From the IMG/VR virus record IMGVR_UViG_3300038674_000823, positions 1-33,332 of that record: 33,332 bases of DNA. One strand, 5' to 3'. Positions 24,235 to 32,238 of this stretch are shown here, in pieces (position 1 is the stretch's first letter; every line of letters begins with the position of its first letter). Made by a program: the position numbers and the translations under genes. Under the pieces are notes generated by a model. It worked only from the letters and a program-made list of their open reading frames with translations, was not told where the DNA came from and did no database searches. The stretch comes from a virus (lineage: Duplodnaviria > Caudoviricetes).

Positions 24235-26955
24235 ATGGCCAACGAGTACCAGATTTCCTTCGTGATCGGGGCGACCATGGCGGGGGCGTTCCGGGGGGCG
24301 TTTGCCTCGGCCGGAGACGCCATGGGGAAGCTACACGCGCAGACGCAATCCCTGGCGAAGAACCAGGACGCCATAAAAAACTTCCAAAAGCTGCAGGGGC
24401 AGATGGCGAGCACTTCTGATCGTCTGGCGGCCGCCCGGGAGAGGGTGCGTGCCCTTGGGCAGGAAATGCGGGGTTCATCGGCACCGACAAACGCCATGAA
24501 AAAGGCCTTTGCCTCTGCCCACCAAGAGGCCCACAAACTGCAGACAAAACTCGGCGAGCAGCGGAAGGCCCTGGGCGAGCTCCGGGGAGCGATGACAGCA
24601 GCCGGAGTGGACACGGGGAAGCTGGGAACGGAGCAGGGCCGCCTCGCCGCCAGGATGGAACAGGTAGCCGCCGCCCAGGACAGGCTGCAGCGCTCGAAGG
24701 GAGCCCTGGACGCATCAAAGGCCCAGCTGGCGGGGATGAAGGGCGAAGTGCTCGCGTCGGCGGGAATCGTTATGGCGCTGCGGGCTCCCATCAAGGTTGC
24801 CGCTGAATTCGAGCAGGCTATGGCGAAGGTAAGGGCGGTTTCTGGGGCGTCGGCGGAGGAAATGGCCCGTCTCTCCGGGCAGGCCCGGCAGCTGGGGCGG
24901 GACACGAAGTTTACCGCCATGGAGGCGGGGGCGGCGCAGGAGCTTCTGGCGCGGGCAGGGTTCAAAACAAATGAAATTCTTTCCGCCATGCCGGGTCTGC
25001 TGAACATGAGCGCCGCCGAAGGTCTCGACCTGGCGACGGCGACGGATATCGCCGCCAGTACGCTCCGGGGGTTCAATCTTGGAGCGGAGCAAACAGGCCG
25101 GGTTTCAGATGTCCTGGCCAAGGCGTCGGCGTCAACGAATACAAGTATTCTGACGTTGGGCGAATCCATGAAGTATGTGGCTCCCGTCGCTGCGGGACTG
25201 AACATTCCGCTGGAAGAGACGGCAGCCATGATCGGCGTCATGGGGGACGCCGGAATAAAGGGGTCTCAGGCCGGCACGGCCCTTCGGGCGGCGCTGCTGC
25301 GGCTTTCGAGGGAACCGAAAATGGCGGCCAAGGCCCTTGAGTCTCTTGGAGTGAAAGCGCGGGACGCGGCGGGCAATATGCGGACAATTCCTGATCTCAT
25401 GACCGAACTGTCGGCGAAGATGAGGGATATGGGGTCCGCCGAGAGGATGGAGCACCTGTCAAAGATCTTCGGAGCTGAAGCGGCATCCGGAATGCTCGCC
25501 GTTATGGAGTCCGTCAAAACCGGCAAGCTTGAAGAGGTGACGGAAAAGCTGCAGGACGCATCGGGGGCCGCCGCTGAAATGGCGCGCATCATGAACGACA
25601 CGGCCCAGGGGGCGATGAAGCGGCTTTCGTCGGCAACAGAATCGCTGATGATCGATATCGGGAACGTGCTGCTACCTGGGTTCGCCTCGGGCGTGGAGAC
25701 CATGGGCCGTTTTGCCTCCGGGCTGTCCGCCCTTGCACAGGAATTTCCCCTGGTGACGAAAGTCATTGTGGGAGGCGCCGCGGCTCTTGGAGCGTACAAG
25801 GTCGCCGTTACCGCCGGGAAATTCGCCTGGATTGCAGCGAAGCTTCCGTTCCAGCATGCCCGGGTGCTGATAGATACCGTTCGGGCGTCTACCCTGCTGA
25901 GCGGGAAGGCTGCCACCCTGGGGGCGCTGAAGACAAAAGCTCTGGCTCTGGCGCACGGGGGGCTGAACCTCGCGCTGAAAGCAGGCCGGGGGCTGATGGA
26001 CGTGGGGCGCCTGGTGCTGTATCACGGAAAGCAGCTGCTCATCGCCGGGGTGACCAAAACATGGACCGCGGCCCAATGGCTGCTGAACGCGGCGATGAAC
26101 GCGAACCCGATAGGGCTGATCATCGCCGGAGTGGCCGCTTTGGCCGCAGGGGTGTATTACCTGTGGAAGAACTGGGACGACGTATGTTCCCTTATGGCAG
26201 CGGCCTGGGAATGGTTGACCGGCATGGTGTCGGAGGGGTGGGAGTGGCTGAAATCCCTTTTTTCATGGGAAGGTGTTGCCGGCCTCTGGGACTGGTTTTC
26301 TTCGGGCTTCGCCGCAGCGTCAGGGCTCATCTCTTCCGGCTGGGAAACGGTGAAGGCGCTGTTCTCTGTCTTTCCGTCCTTTGTACAGTCGTCTCTTGCG
26401 GGGCTCGGCGACGCGATCATCGCCCCCTTCCGCGCGGCCTTCGAGTGGATCGGGAAGGCCATAGGGTGGATTCAGGACCTCTGGAAGGGGTTTATGGCGA
26501 TCTTCAACGGAGATCTGGGGAAGATAGACAACGCAACGGCAGGGAAGGTGAGCGCGGAGGCGGCGGCGCTCGGCGAGAAACTTGGACCTGATTTCCAAAC
26601 AGCGTTTGCTGTTCCTGGGGCTCCCCCTAGCTCTGAAACTCCGAAAATGGCTGCCGGCGGCATTGTTTCAGGTCCGCAACTAGCCTTGATAGGCGAGGCG
26701 GGGCGTGAGGTCGTGACGCCCGTGGACCGCCCGAGGCTGGGAATTCCGCTGTGGATGGCGGCGGGGGAGATGATGGGCCTCGAATTCGGCGGCGGGAGCG
26801 TGAACCACTCTACCTCGAACTTCAGCCCGCAGATTACGATCAATGTTTCCGGCGCCGCGGATGACGGCTCGGTCCGTAAGCTGGAGGATGTGGTCCGGAG
26901 AGTGTTGCGCGACGAGCAGGAGAGGTTCGCGCGCCTGTCGTGGGGGTCGGCATGA
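24235..26955 (+). CDS. Tail tape measure protein (TP901-type core)
   Basis: FEQAMAKVRAV, T.FTA.E, LGESMKYVAP, GIKGSQAGT.LR, ANPIG, Trp/Phe repeats. ATG 24235 after GGGGGGTGA. Confidence 0.95.
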   Translation: MANEYQISFVIGATMAGAFRGAFASAGDAMGKLHAQTQSLAKNQDAIKNFQKLQGQMASTSDRLAAARERVRALGQEMRGSSAPTNAMKKAFASAHQEAHKLQTKLGEQRKALGELRGAMTAAGVDTGKLGTEQGRLAARMEQVAAAQDRLQRSKGALDASKAQLAGMKGEVLASAGIVMALRAPIKVAAEFEQAMAKVRAVSGASAEEMARLSGQARQLGRDTKFTAMEAGAAQELLARAGFKTNEILSAMPGLLNMSAAEGLDLATATDIAASTLRGFNLGAEQTGRVSDVLAKASASTNTSILTLGESMKYVAPVAAGLNIPLEETAAMIGVMGDAGIKGSQAGTALRAALLRLSREPKMAAKALESLGVKARDAAGNMRTIPDLMTELSAKMRDMGSAERMEHLSKIFGAEAASGMLAVMESVKTGKLEEVTEKLQDASGAAAEMARIMNDTAQGAMKRLSSATESLMIDIGNVLLPGFASGVETMGRFASGLSALAQEFPLVTKVIVGGAAALGAYKVAVTAGKFAWIAAKLPFQHARVLIDTVRASTLLSGKAATLGALKTKALALAHGGLNLALKAGRGLMDVGRLVLYHGKQLLIAGVTKTWTAAQWLLNAAMNANPIGLIIAGVAALAAGVYYLWKNWDDVCSLMAAAWEWLTGMVSEGWEWLKSLFSWEGVAGLWDWFSSGFAAASGLISSGWETVKALFSVFPSFVQSSLAGLGDAIIAPFRAAFEWIGKAIGWIQDLWKGFMAIFNGDLGKIDNATAGKVSAEAAALGEKLGPDFQTAFAVPGAPPSSETPKMAAGGIVSGPQLALIGEAGREVVTPVDRPRLGIPLWMAAGEMMGLEFGGGSVNHSTSNFSPQITINVSGAADDGSVRKLEDVVRRVLRDEQERFARLSWGSA

Positions 26956-27161
26956 AAAGCTATACGACGAAGCAGGGAGATATGTGGGACACGGTGGCGA
27001 AGCGGGTGTATCCCGATATGGGGGGGGAACTGCTGATGACGCTGCTTATCGACGCGAACCCGGACCACAGGGATGTGGTGATTTTCCCGGGTGGCGTGAT
27101 ACTGGCGGTGCCTGAGGTGGAGATACCGGCCGTCCGGGATCTGCCTCCATGGAAGAGGTAA
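26952..27161 (+). CDS. Tail protein X (P2 gpX, LysM-like)
   Basis: YTT.QGD.WD..A...Y, L..ANP, LPPWK. Confidence 0.92.
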   Translation: MKSYTTKQGDMWDTVAKRVYPDMGGELLMTLLIDANPDHRDVVIFPGGVILAVPEVEIPAVRDLPPWKR

Positions 27162-27165
27162 TGTC

Positions 27166-28194
27166 ATGGAAGCAACCAGAAGGGTCGATGTGGAGCTGGT
27201 GTATGAAGGGGCGAATATCTCGAGGGATATAGCCCCTTTTTTCGTGGATCTGACCTACACGGACAACGCCCACGGGGAGGACGACGATCTTCAGATTACT
27301 CTGGAGGACAGGGAGGGGAAGTGGCGCGGAAGCTGGTTCCCCGAACGGGGGGCGGCCGTCAGGGCGGCCCTGGTGTCCCGGAACTGGGAGAAGCCCGGCG
27401 CCGCCGTCCGTTTCCCGTGCGGGACGTTCGAGGTGGACGAAATCGAATGCTCGGGCCCCCCGACGGTGGTGAAGATCAAGGCGGTTTCCAGTCCCGTGAA
27501 GGGGGCGCTGAAGCGCGAGCTGGTGACGAAGGCATGGGAGGCGGTGTCGCTTTCCGAAATAGCGTCGGAGCTGGCGGGGAAGCACGGGCTGGCCCTTGTG
27601 TGGGAATCCGGTGAGGACCCGGTGTATGAGCGGAAGGACCAGGTGGAAACGGCGGATCTGGTGTTTTTGAGGGAGCTCTGCGAGGAGGCCGGAGCGGCCC
27701 TGAAGACAACGGATGCTCAGCTGGTGGTGTTTTCAGAGGAGGAATACGAGAAAAAGCCTCCGTCACGGACCATTACGCCCGGAATGGAGCGGCTGTCCGG
27801 GTACAGGCTGAGGGCGAAGACGGCGGGGACCTACAAGGCGGTGAAGGTCCAGTATCATGACGCGGTCCGGGACGAGACCTTTGAGGTGTATACCCCGGAA
27901 GGGAAGCAGATGGGAAAGACGGGTGAAACTCTGGTTGTGAACCGCAAGGTGGACAGTCTCGCTGAAGCGGAGCGCCTGGGGAAGAAGAAGCTGTACGACG
28001 CGAACAAGCGGGAGATGTCGGGCTCATTTTCGCTGATGGGGGACTTTCAGTTTGTCGGCGGTTCCACCGTCAAACTGTCCGGATGGGGGAAGTTCGACGG
28101 CGTGTGGTTTGTGGAGCGGGCGACCCACAAGGTTTCGAGGGGCGGCTACACCACCGACATCGATATCCGCATGGGCGTAAAGGAGGGGTCGTGA
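27166..28194 (+). CDS. Baseplate hub (P2 gpD / late control D family)
   Basis: YTD...E.DDL.I.L.D, G.F.VDEI, Q....D..FL..LC, G.FDG.W......H, GYTT. Confidence 0.92.
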   Translation: MEATRRVDVELVYEGANISRDIAPFFVDLTYTDNAHGEDDDLQITLEDREGKWRGSWFPERGAAVRAALVSRNWEKPGAAVRFPCGTFEVDEIECSGPPTVVKIKAVSSPVKGALKRELVTKAWEAVSLSEIASELAGKHGLALVWESGEDPVYERKDQVETADLVFLRELCEEAGAALKTTDAQLVVFSEEEYEKKPPSRTITPGMERLSGYRLRAKTAGTYKAVKVQYHDAVRDETFEVYTPEGKQMGKTGETLVVNRKVDSLAEAERLGKKKLYDANKREMSGSFSLMGDFQFVGGSTVKLSGWGKFDGVWFVERATHKVSRGGYTTDIDIRMGVKEGS

Positions 28195-28625
28195 TGCCCG
28201 GTGGAGAGTCCGGAGGAGTGCTCCGGTTCGGCTATGTGTCCGACGTCGATCCGGCGCGCAAGATGGCGCGGGTGCGGTTTCCGGATAAAGACGGTCTTGT
28301 TTCCGGGTGGCTTCAGGTGGTGGTGCCGAATACCCTGAAGAATAAGGATGAAGTGAATCTTGACCCAGGGGAGCACGTGGTATGTCTGCTGGCCGGCAAC
28401 GGCATCGAGAGGGGCGTTGTGCTCGGTGCCGTGTGGGACGGGAAGAACACCCCGCCGGTAGGCGATCAGGATGTCCGGGTGACCACCTTCGAGGACGGCA
28501 CAACGGTCCGCGTTGACCGGAAGGGGCATGTGGTGGAGCTGAAAGACCATTTTGGCAGCTATATTCGGTTTGCTGACGGCAATATTTACATTATGGCCGC
28601 GGCAAATGTCTACATCAACGAGTGA
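28194..28625 (+). CDS. Baseplate spike (gpV-like)
   Basis: G.VS.VD....ARV.F.D....SGWL, GE.V.CL...NG...G.VLG, F.DG....DR. AAGGAGG RBS. Confidence 0.9.
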   Translation: MPGGESGGVLRFGYVSDVDPARKMARVRFPDKDGLVSGWLQVVVPNTLKNKDEVNLDPGEHVVCLLAGNGIERGVVLGAVWDGKNTPPVGDQDVRVTTFEDGTTVRVDRKGHVVELKDHFGSYIRFADGNIYIMAAANVYINE

Positions 28626-28634
28626 GGTGATTGT

Positions 28635-28916
28635 ATGCCTCCGGCTACGCGACTCGGCGACATCTGCACGGGGCACGGGTGATGGCCGCCCCGCCCTTCG
28701 GCGGAGGGCAGCCCGAATGTTTTTGTGAACGGTATTCCGTGGCACCGCCAGGGAGACGGCTGGGAGCCGCACTGCTGCGACGGCTGCCATGCTTCGGTAT
28801 TGGCGTCCGGCAGCGGAACCGTGTTTGTGAACGGCAGGCAGGCGGGCCGAATCGGTGATCCGGTGGCCTGCGGTTCATCGGTAGCTACCGGGTCTCCGGA
28901 TGTTTTTTGCGGATAG
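28635..28916 (+). CDS. PAAR spike-tip protein (T4 gp5.4-like) with an in-frame TGA at codon 16 (candidate selenocysteine)
   Basis: MPPATRLGDICTGHG*WPPRPSAEGSPNVFVNGIPWHRQGDGWEPHCCDGCHASVLASGSGTVFVNGRQAGRIGDPVACGSSVATGSPDVFCG. Three PAAR repeats, GAGGTG RBS, directly after the spike gene. The ORF track shows only the fragment after the TGA. Confidence 0.88.
28693..28709 (+). promoter_or_regulatory. Candidate bacterial SECIS hairpin
   Basis: GCCCTTC-GGC-GGAGGGC stem-loop starting 10 nt after the TGA. The apical loop starts with GG, 17 nt after the TGA. Confidence 0.5.
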
Positions 28917-28928
28917 GGGGTGAGGGGT

Positions 28929-29336
28929 GTGATCGGGATTCTGGGCGGCGTGATGTTTGAATCGTCGACGGGGGACGGTCCCCTGGGCGTGCGGGTGAGG
29001 ACGTACGAGAATCTGCAGCGGTCAAAGGGGGCGAAGTATGCGGCCCATGAGGTTCATGGCCGAAAACCACTCTTGGAGTTCACCGGCCTCGACGGGGACA
29101 CGATTTCCCTGTCCATGCAACTCAACGCGTCGCTTGGAATCAGCCCGTCCGAAACGATCAGCGAGCTTACGGCCATTCTGGAGGGAGGCGCCGCGGTGCC
29201 CCTGATTTTCGGAGGGGCGCCTCTGGGGTTGTTTGTCCTTGAGGGGATTTCGGAAGCCTGGGGCGTGGTGGAAAGCGAGGGGCGCCTGGTGTCGGCGACG
29301 GTCACGGCGCAGTTGAGGGAGTATCCCGATGGCTAG
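28929..29336 (+). CDS. Tail tube initiator (P2 gpU-like)
   Basis: IG.LG...F, A.HE..G.KP.LEF.G, L.EY end. Start at 28920 or 28929. Confidence 0.88.
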   Translation: MIGILGGVMFESSTGDGPLGVRVRTYENLQRSKGAKYAAHEVHGRKPLLEFTGLDGDTISLSMQLNASLGISPSETISELTAILEGGAAVPLIFGGAPLGLFVLEGISEAWGVVESEGRLVSATVTAQLREYPDG

Positions 29337-29643
29337 GGAGCTGGTCATTTTAGGCGGCGCGGGGGACGTGGATTTTTCTCCGGTCGGGGTTGCTGCGGAG
29401 GTGGCGCAGAATGTCCGGACCATCCTGAGTACTCCCGTATGGTCGGTGCCCCTGGACCGGTCGTTCGGTCTGAATGCCGAAATGCTCGACAGACCGACTC
29501 CGTCAGCCATAGCGGCGTTGACGTCGGAGATCTACCTGGCGCTGAGGCGCTGGGAGCCGCGGGCCAGGCTGAAAAACATTTCGTTCGACGGTGACGCGGA
29601 CGGGCGCCTCGTGCCGAAAGTGAGGATTGAGGTTGATGAGTGA
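29329..29643 (+). CDS. Baseplate wedge protein (gpW/gp25 family)
   Basis: QNVRTILST...SVPLDR.FG, D.P, WEPRA. Confidence 0.9.
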   Translation: MARELVILGGAGDVDFSPVGVAAEVAQNVRTILSTPVWSVPLDRSFGLNAEMLDRPTPSAIAALTSEIYLALRRWEPRARLKNISFDGDADGRLVPKVRIEVDE

Positions 29644-30763
29644 TCTTTTTGCCGGCCTGCCGGACGTGCTTTTTGCCGTCAAGGATGCAGCCGAGGTGGA
29701 ACGGGAAATCATCCGCGCTTTCGAGAGGGCGTCGGGCCGGTCTTTGGCTCCCGGCGACCCGGTCCGCCTGTTTTTGCTGACCGTGGCGTCCGTGGTGATT
29801 CAGCAGCGGGCCCTGATCGACTTCACGGGAAAGCAAAATCTGCTGGCGTATGCCTCCAGGGATTATCTGGACCACCTCGGGGCGCTGCTGGGGGTCTACA
29901 GGCTGCCGTCTGCGCCGGCCATGACGACGCTCCGGTTTACGCTTTCGGCCCCCCAGCCCGGGGCCGTGGTGATCCCTGCGGGCACCAGGGTGACGCCCGG
30001 CGGCGGAGATCTGTATTTTGCAACCCGCGAGGCGGTATCAGTGCCGCCGGGGGACCTGTCGGCCGATTCGCCGGCAGCGTGTCAGACGGTAGGCGGAATC
30101 GGGAACGGTTTTTTGCCCGGGCAGGTGGCGAAGCTCGTGGATCCCCTGCCGTGGGTGAGAGGAGTGGAGAATGTCACCGAAACGGCGGGGGGTGCGGATC
30201 CTGAAAGCGACGACAGCCTGCGGGAACGGATTCGAATGGCGCCGGAGCGATTTTCGGTGGCCGGCCCTTCAGGTGCCTATGCGTTCTGGGCGCGCACAGC
30301 CCACCAATCCATCGTGGATGTGTCGGTGATATCGCCCGCTCCGGGAGAGGTGCATATTTACCCGTTGGCGGCGGGGGGAGAGCTTCCTTCCCAGGAGGTC
30401 CTGGATGCCGTGTACGAGACGTGCAACGCCGAGGACGTCCGGCCGCTGACCGACCACCTGACGGTCTTGCCTCCGGTGGCGGTGGAGTATGAAGTGCATG
30501 TGACGTGGTGGCTTTCAAACGCGCGGGCGGCTGAGGCTTCGGCAATCGAGGCTTCCGTTGAGCGGGCTGTGACCGGCTGGATTGATTGGCAGCGGGGGGC
30601 ACTGGGCAGGGATATTAATCCGTCGGAGCTCGTGGCCAGAGTGGTGGGGGCCGGAGCTAAGCGGGTTGAGGTGGCAAGCCCCTCTTTTACGGCTCTTGTC
30701 CCTTCTGAAGTTGCGCTGCCCGTGTCGGTGGATGTGATTTTTGGAGGGATGGAGGATGCGTAG
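29636..30763 (+). CDS. Baseplate J protein
   Basis: L.PGDP.R, QNLL.YA...LD.LG, GGAD.E.D..LRER, SVAGP..AY, RPLTD. Confidence 0.95.
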   Translation: MSDLFAGLPDVLFAVKDAAEVEREIIRAFERASGRSLAPGDPVRLFLLTVASVVIQQRALIDFTGKQNLLAYASRDYLDHLGALLGVYRLPSAPAMTTLRFTLSAPQPGAVVIPAGTRVTPGGGDLYFATREAVSVPPGDLSADSPAACQTVGGIGNGFLPGQVAKLVDPLPWVRGVENVTETAGGADPESDDSLRERIRMAPERFSVAGPSGAYAFWARTAHQSIVDVSVISPAPGEVHIYPLAAGGELPSQEVLDAVYETCNAEDVRPLTDHLTVLPPVAVEYEVHVTWWLSNARAAEASAIEASVERAVTGWIDWQRGALGRDINPSELVARVVGAGAKRVEVASPSFTALVPSEVALPVSVDVIFGGMEDA

Positions 30764-31400
30764 GCTTGAAGACGTTTCTCTTGGAGACATTCTGCCTCCG
30801 TCTCTCTCGGCGGATTCCGGCGTCATGGCCGCAGCGGGGGCCATCGACGGGGAACTTTCCGAGGCGGGTGCGCTCATCCGGGAGGCCCTGATCGTCTCGC
30901 GCATCGACGAACTGCCGGAGGTGCTGCTTGACCTGTTGGCCTGGCAGTGGCACGTGGATTTTTACCCGCCCGGAATTCCGGCGGCGACAAAGCGGAATTT
31001 GGTCACGTCGTCCATTCCCTGGCACCGCAAAAAGGGGACGCTCTGGGCCGTCAAGCGGCTTTGTGAGGATGTGTTCGGCCGGGCCGAGGTTTCGGAGTGG
31101 TTTGAATATGGAGGGGACCCCTTTCGTTTCCGCGTGGCGACGGAGGGGAGGTTGACGGGGGAAGAGTCCTGGCGGCTCTTTTTTCAGTCCCTTGACCTTG
31201 CGAAGAACGTGCGCAGCCATCTGGACGAGGTGACGATCCTCAGGCCGTTAACGATCGGGATACGCCATTCCGGACCGCTGTGCACCAGGGGGGCGGTCTC
31301 GATTGCGCCGGCACCTCCGGCAGGGGCGTCCATTGTTGCCCGCCGGGGAATAGGCCATAGCCGGAGGGGTTTTATGACGCTTTTCACGAAAGGAGGTTGA
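30756..31400 (+). CDS. Tail protein I (P2 gpI-like)
   Basis: ID.LPE..LD.LAWQWHVD, HR.KGT..AV, EWFEYGG.P..F, KN.RS.L. Confidence 0.93.
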   Translation: MRRLEDVSLGDILPPSLSADSGVMAAAGAIDGELSEAGALIREALIVSRIDELPEVLLDLLAWQWHVDFYPPGIPAATKRNLVTSSIPWHRKKGTLWAVKRLCEDVFGRAEVSEWFEYGGDPFRFRVATEGRLTGEESWRLFFQSLDLAKNVRSHLDEVTILRPLTIGIRHSGPLCTRGAVSIAPAPPAGASIVARRGIGHSRRGFMTLFTKGG

Positions 31401-31404
31401 GTAG

Positions 31405-32226
31405 ATGGCTAATTTTGGAGCCATGACCCTGACGAGGGCGGGGCGGAATTTGCTTGCCGAGGCACAGCTTGGAGGCGTGTTGACCTTTACCAGAGTTAAG
31501 GCCGGAGACGGATTTCTTTCTCCGGAAACCTCAATTCCGGACATGACCGATGTGGTCAACCGGATTACGGATTTGCCTATCAACAGCAATACCATCACCG
31601 GCGACGGCATGACGGAAATCGAGTGCCTGCTCAGCAATCAGAGTCTTGAGCAGGGATACTGGTTCCGGGAGGTCGGCCTTTTCGCCAGAATCGGCAGCGG
31701 GGAGGAAGTTTTGTACGCCTACAGCAACGCGGGGGACGAGCCTGACTATATCCCTGCGGGCGGCGGCGCCCATGCGGTCCACGTGATCTTTACCCTGATA
31801 ACGGTCATCGACCAGGCGGAAAGCGTGACGGCGGTGATTAACGACGGGCTTGGGTTCGTAACGTATCCCAGGCTCGAGCAGGAGTTGAGTGCTCTCTTCC
31901 AGCCGTATTCCGCGGCCGTCGGCTTTTGGACCTACAGCGGAAGTGACAACAAACTGCGGCCGGCAACGGTGCCGGAGGCACACAAGGTGTTGTTCCGGGG
32001 CGGAACGGGAGAGGATCGGTTATTTCTCACGTTTGATCCCAGATCGCAGACCCTGGGTTTTATTCCCATGAGCAGGCTTCTTATCAGGGCCGAGCGGCTG
32101 AGCGGCGGCACCCCGACCATGCTTCCCGAGGAATACGTGCTCGATCCGCTGAGAGGCGGCAATCCGACGTGGCTGCCTGAAGCCTACGAGGGGCATTTGT
32201 ATGGCGGAGATCCGCAGACATTATAA
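31405..32226 (+). CDS. Short tail fibre / baseplate anchor protein
   Basis: N-terminal LT..G..L.A, FT....GDG, G...REVGLFA, LYAY baseplate-attachment domain. C-terminal L.GG.P repeats. Confidence 0.85.
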   Translation: MANFGAMTLTRAGRNLLAEAQLGGVLTFTRVKAGDGFLSPETSIPDMTDVVNRITDLPINSNTITGDGMTEIECLLSNQSLEQGYWFREVGLFARIGSGEEVLYAYSNAGDEPDYIPAGGGAHAVHVIFTLITVIDQAESVTAVINDGLGFVTYPRLEQELSALFQPYSAAVGFWTYSGSDNKLRPATVPEAHKVLFRGGTGEDRLFLTFDPRSQTLGFIPMSRLLIRAERLSGGTPTMLPEEYVLDPLRGGNPTWLPEAYEGHLYGGDPQTL

Positions 32227-32238
32227 GGAGGATAGGCT

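Noticed and set aside
24183-25241. 409-aa minus-strand ORF as one gene
   Set aside because: Most of it is antisense to the tape measure gene. Only the last 56 codons have an RBS, promoter and protein-like sequence.
28725-28916. 63-aa ORF-track call as the complete PAAR gene
   Set aside because: It lacks the first repeat and His14 and has no RBS. Homology and the RBS extend to ATG 28635 across the TGA.
21505-31400. T6SS, eCIS or tailocin
   Set aside because: The tail genes are linked to terminase, portal, capsid, cos and replication genes, so this is a phage.
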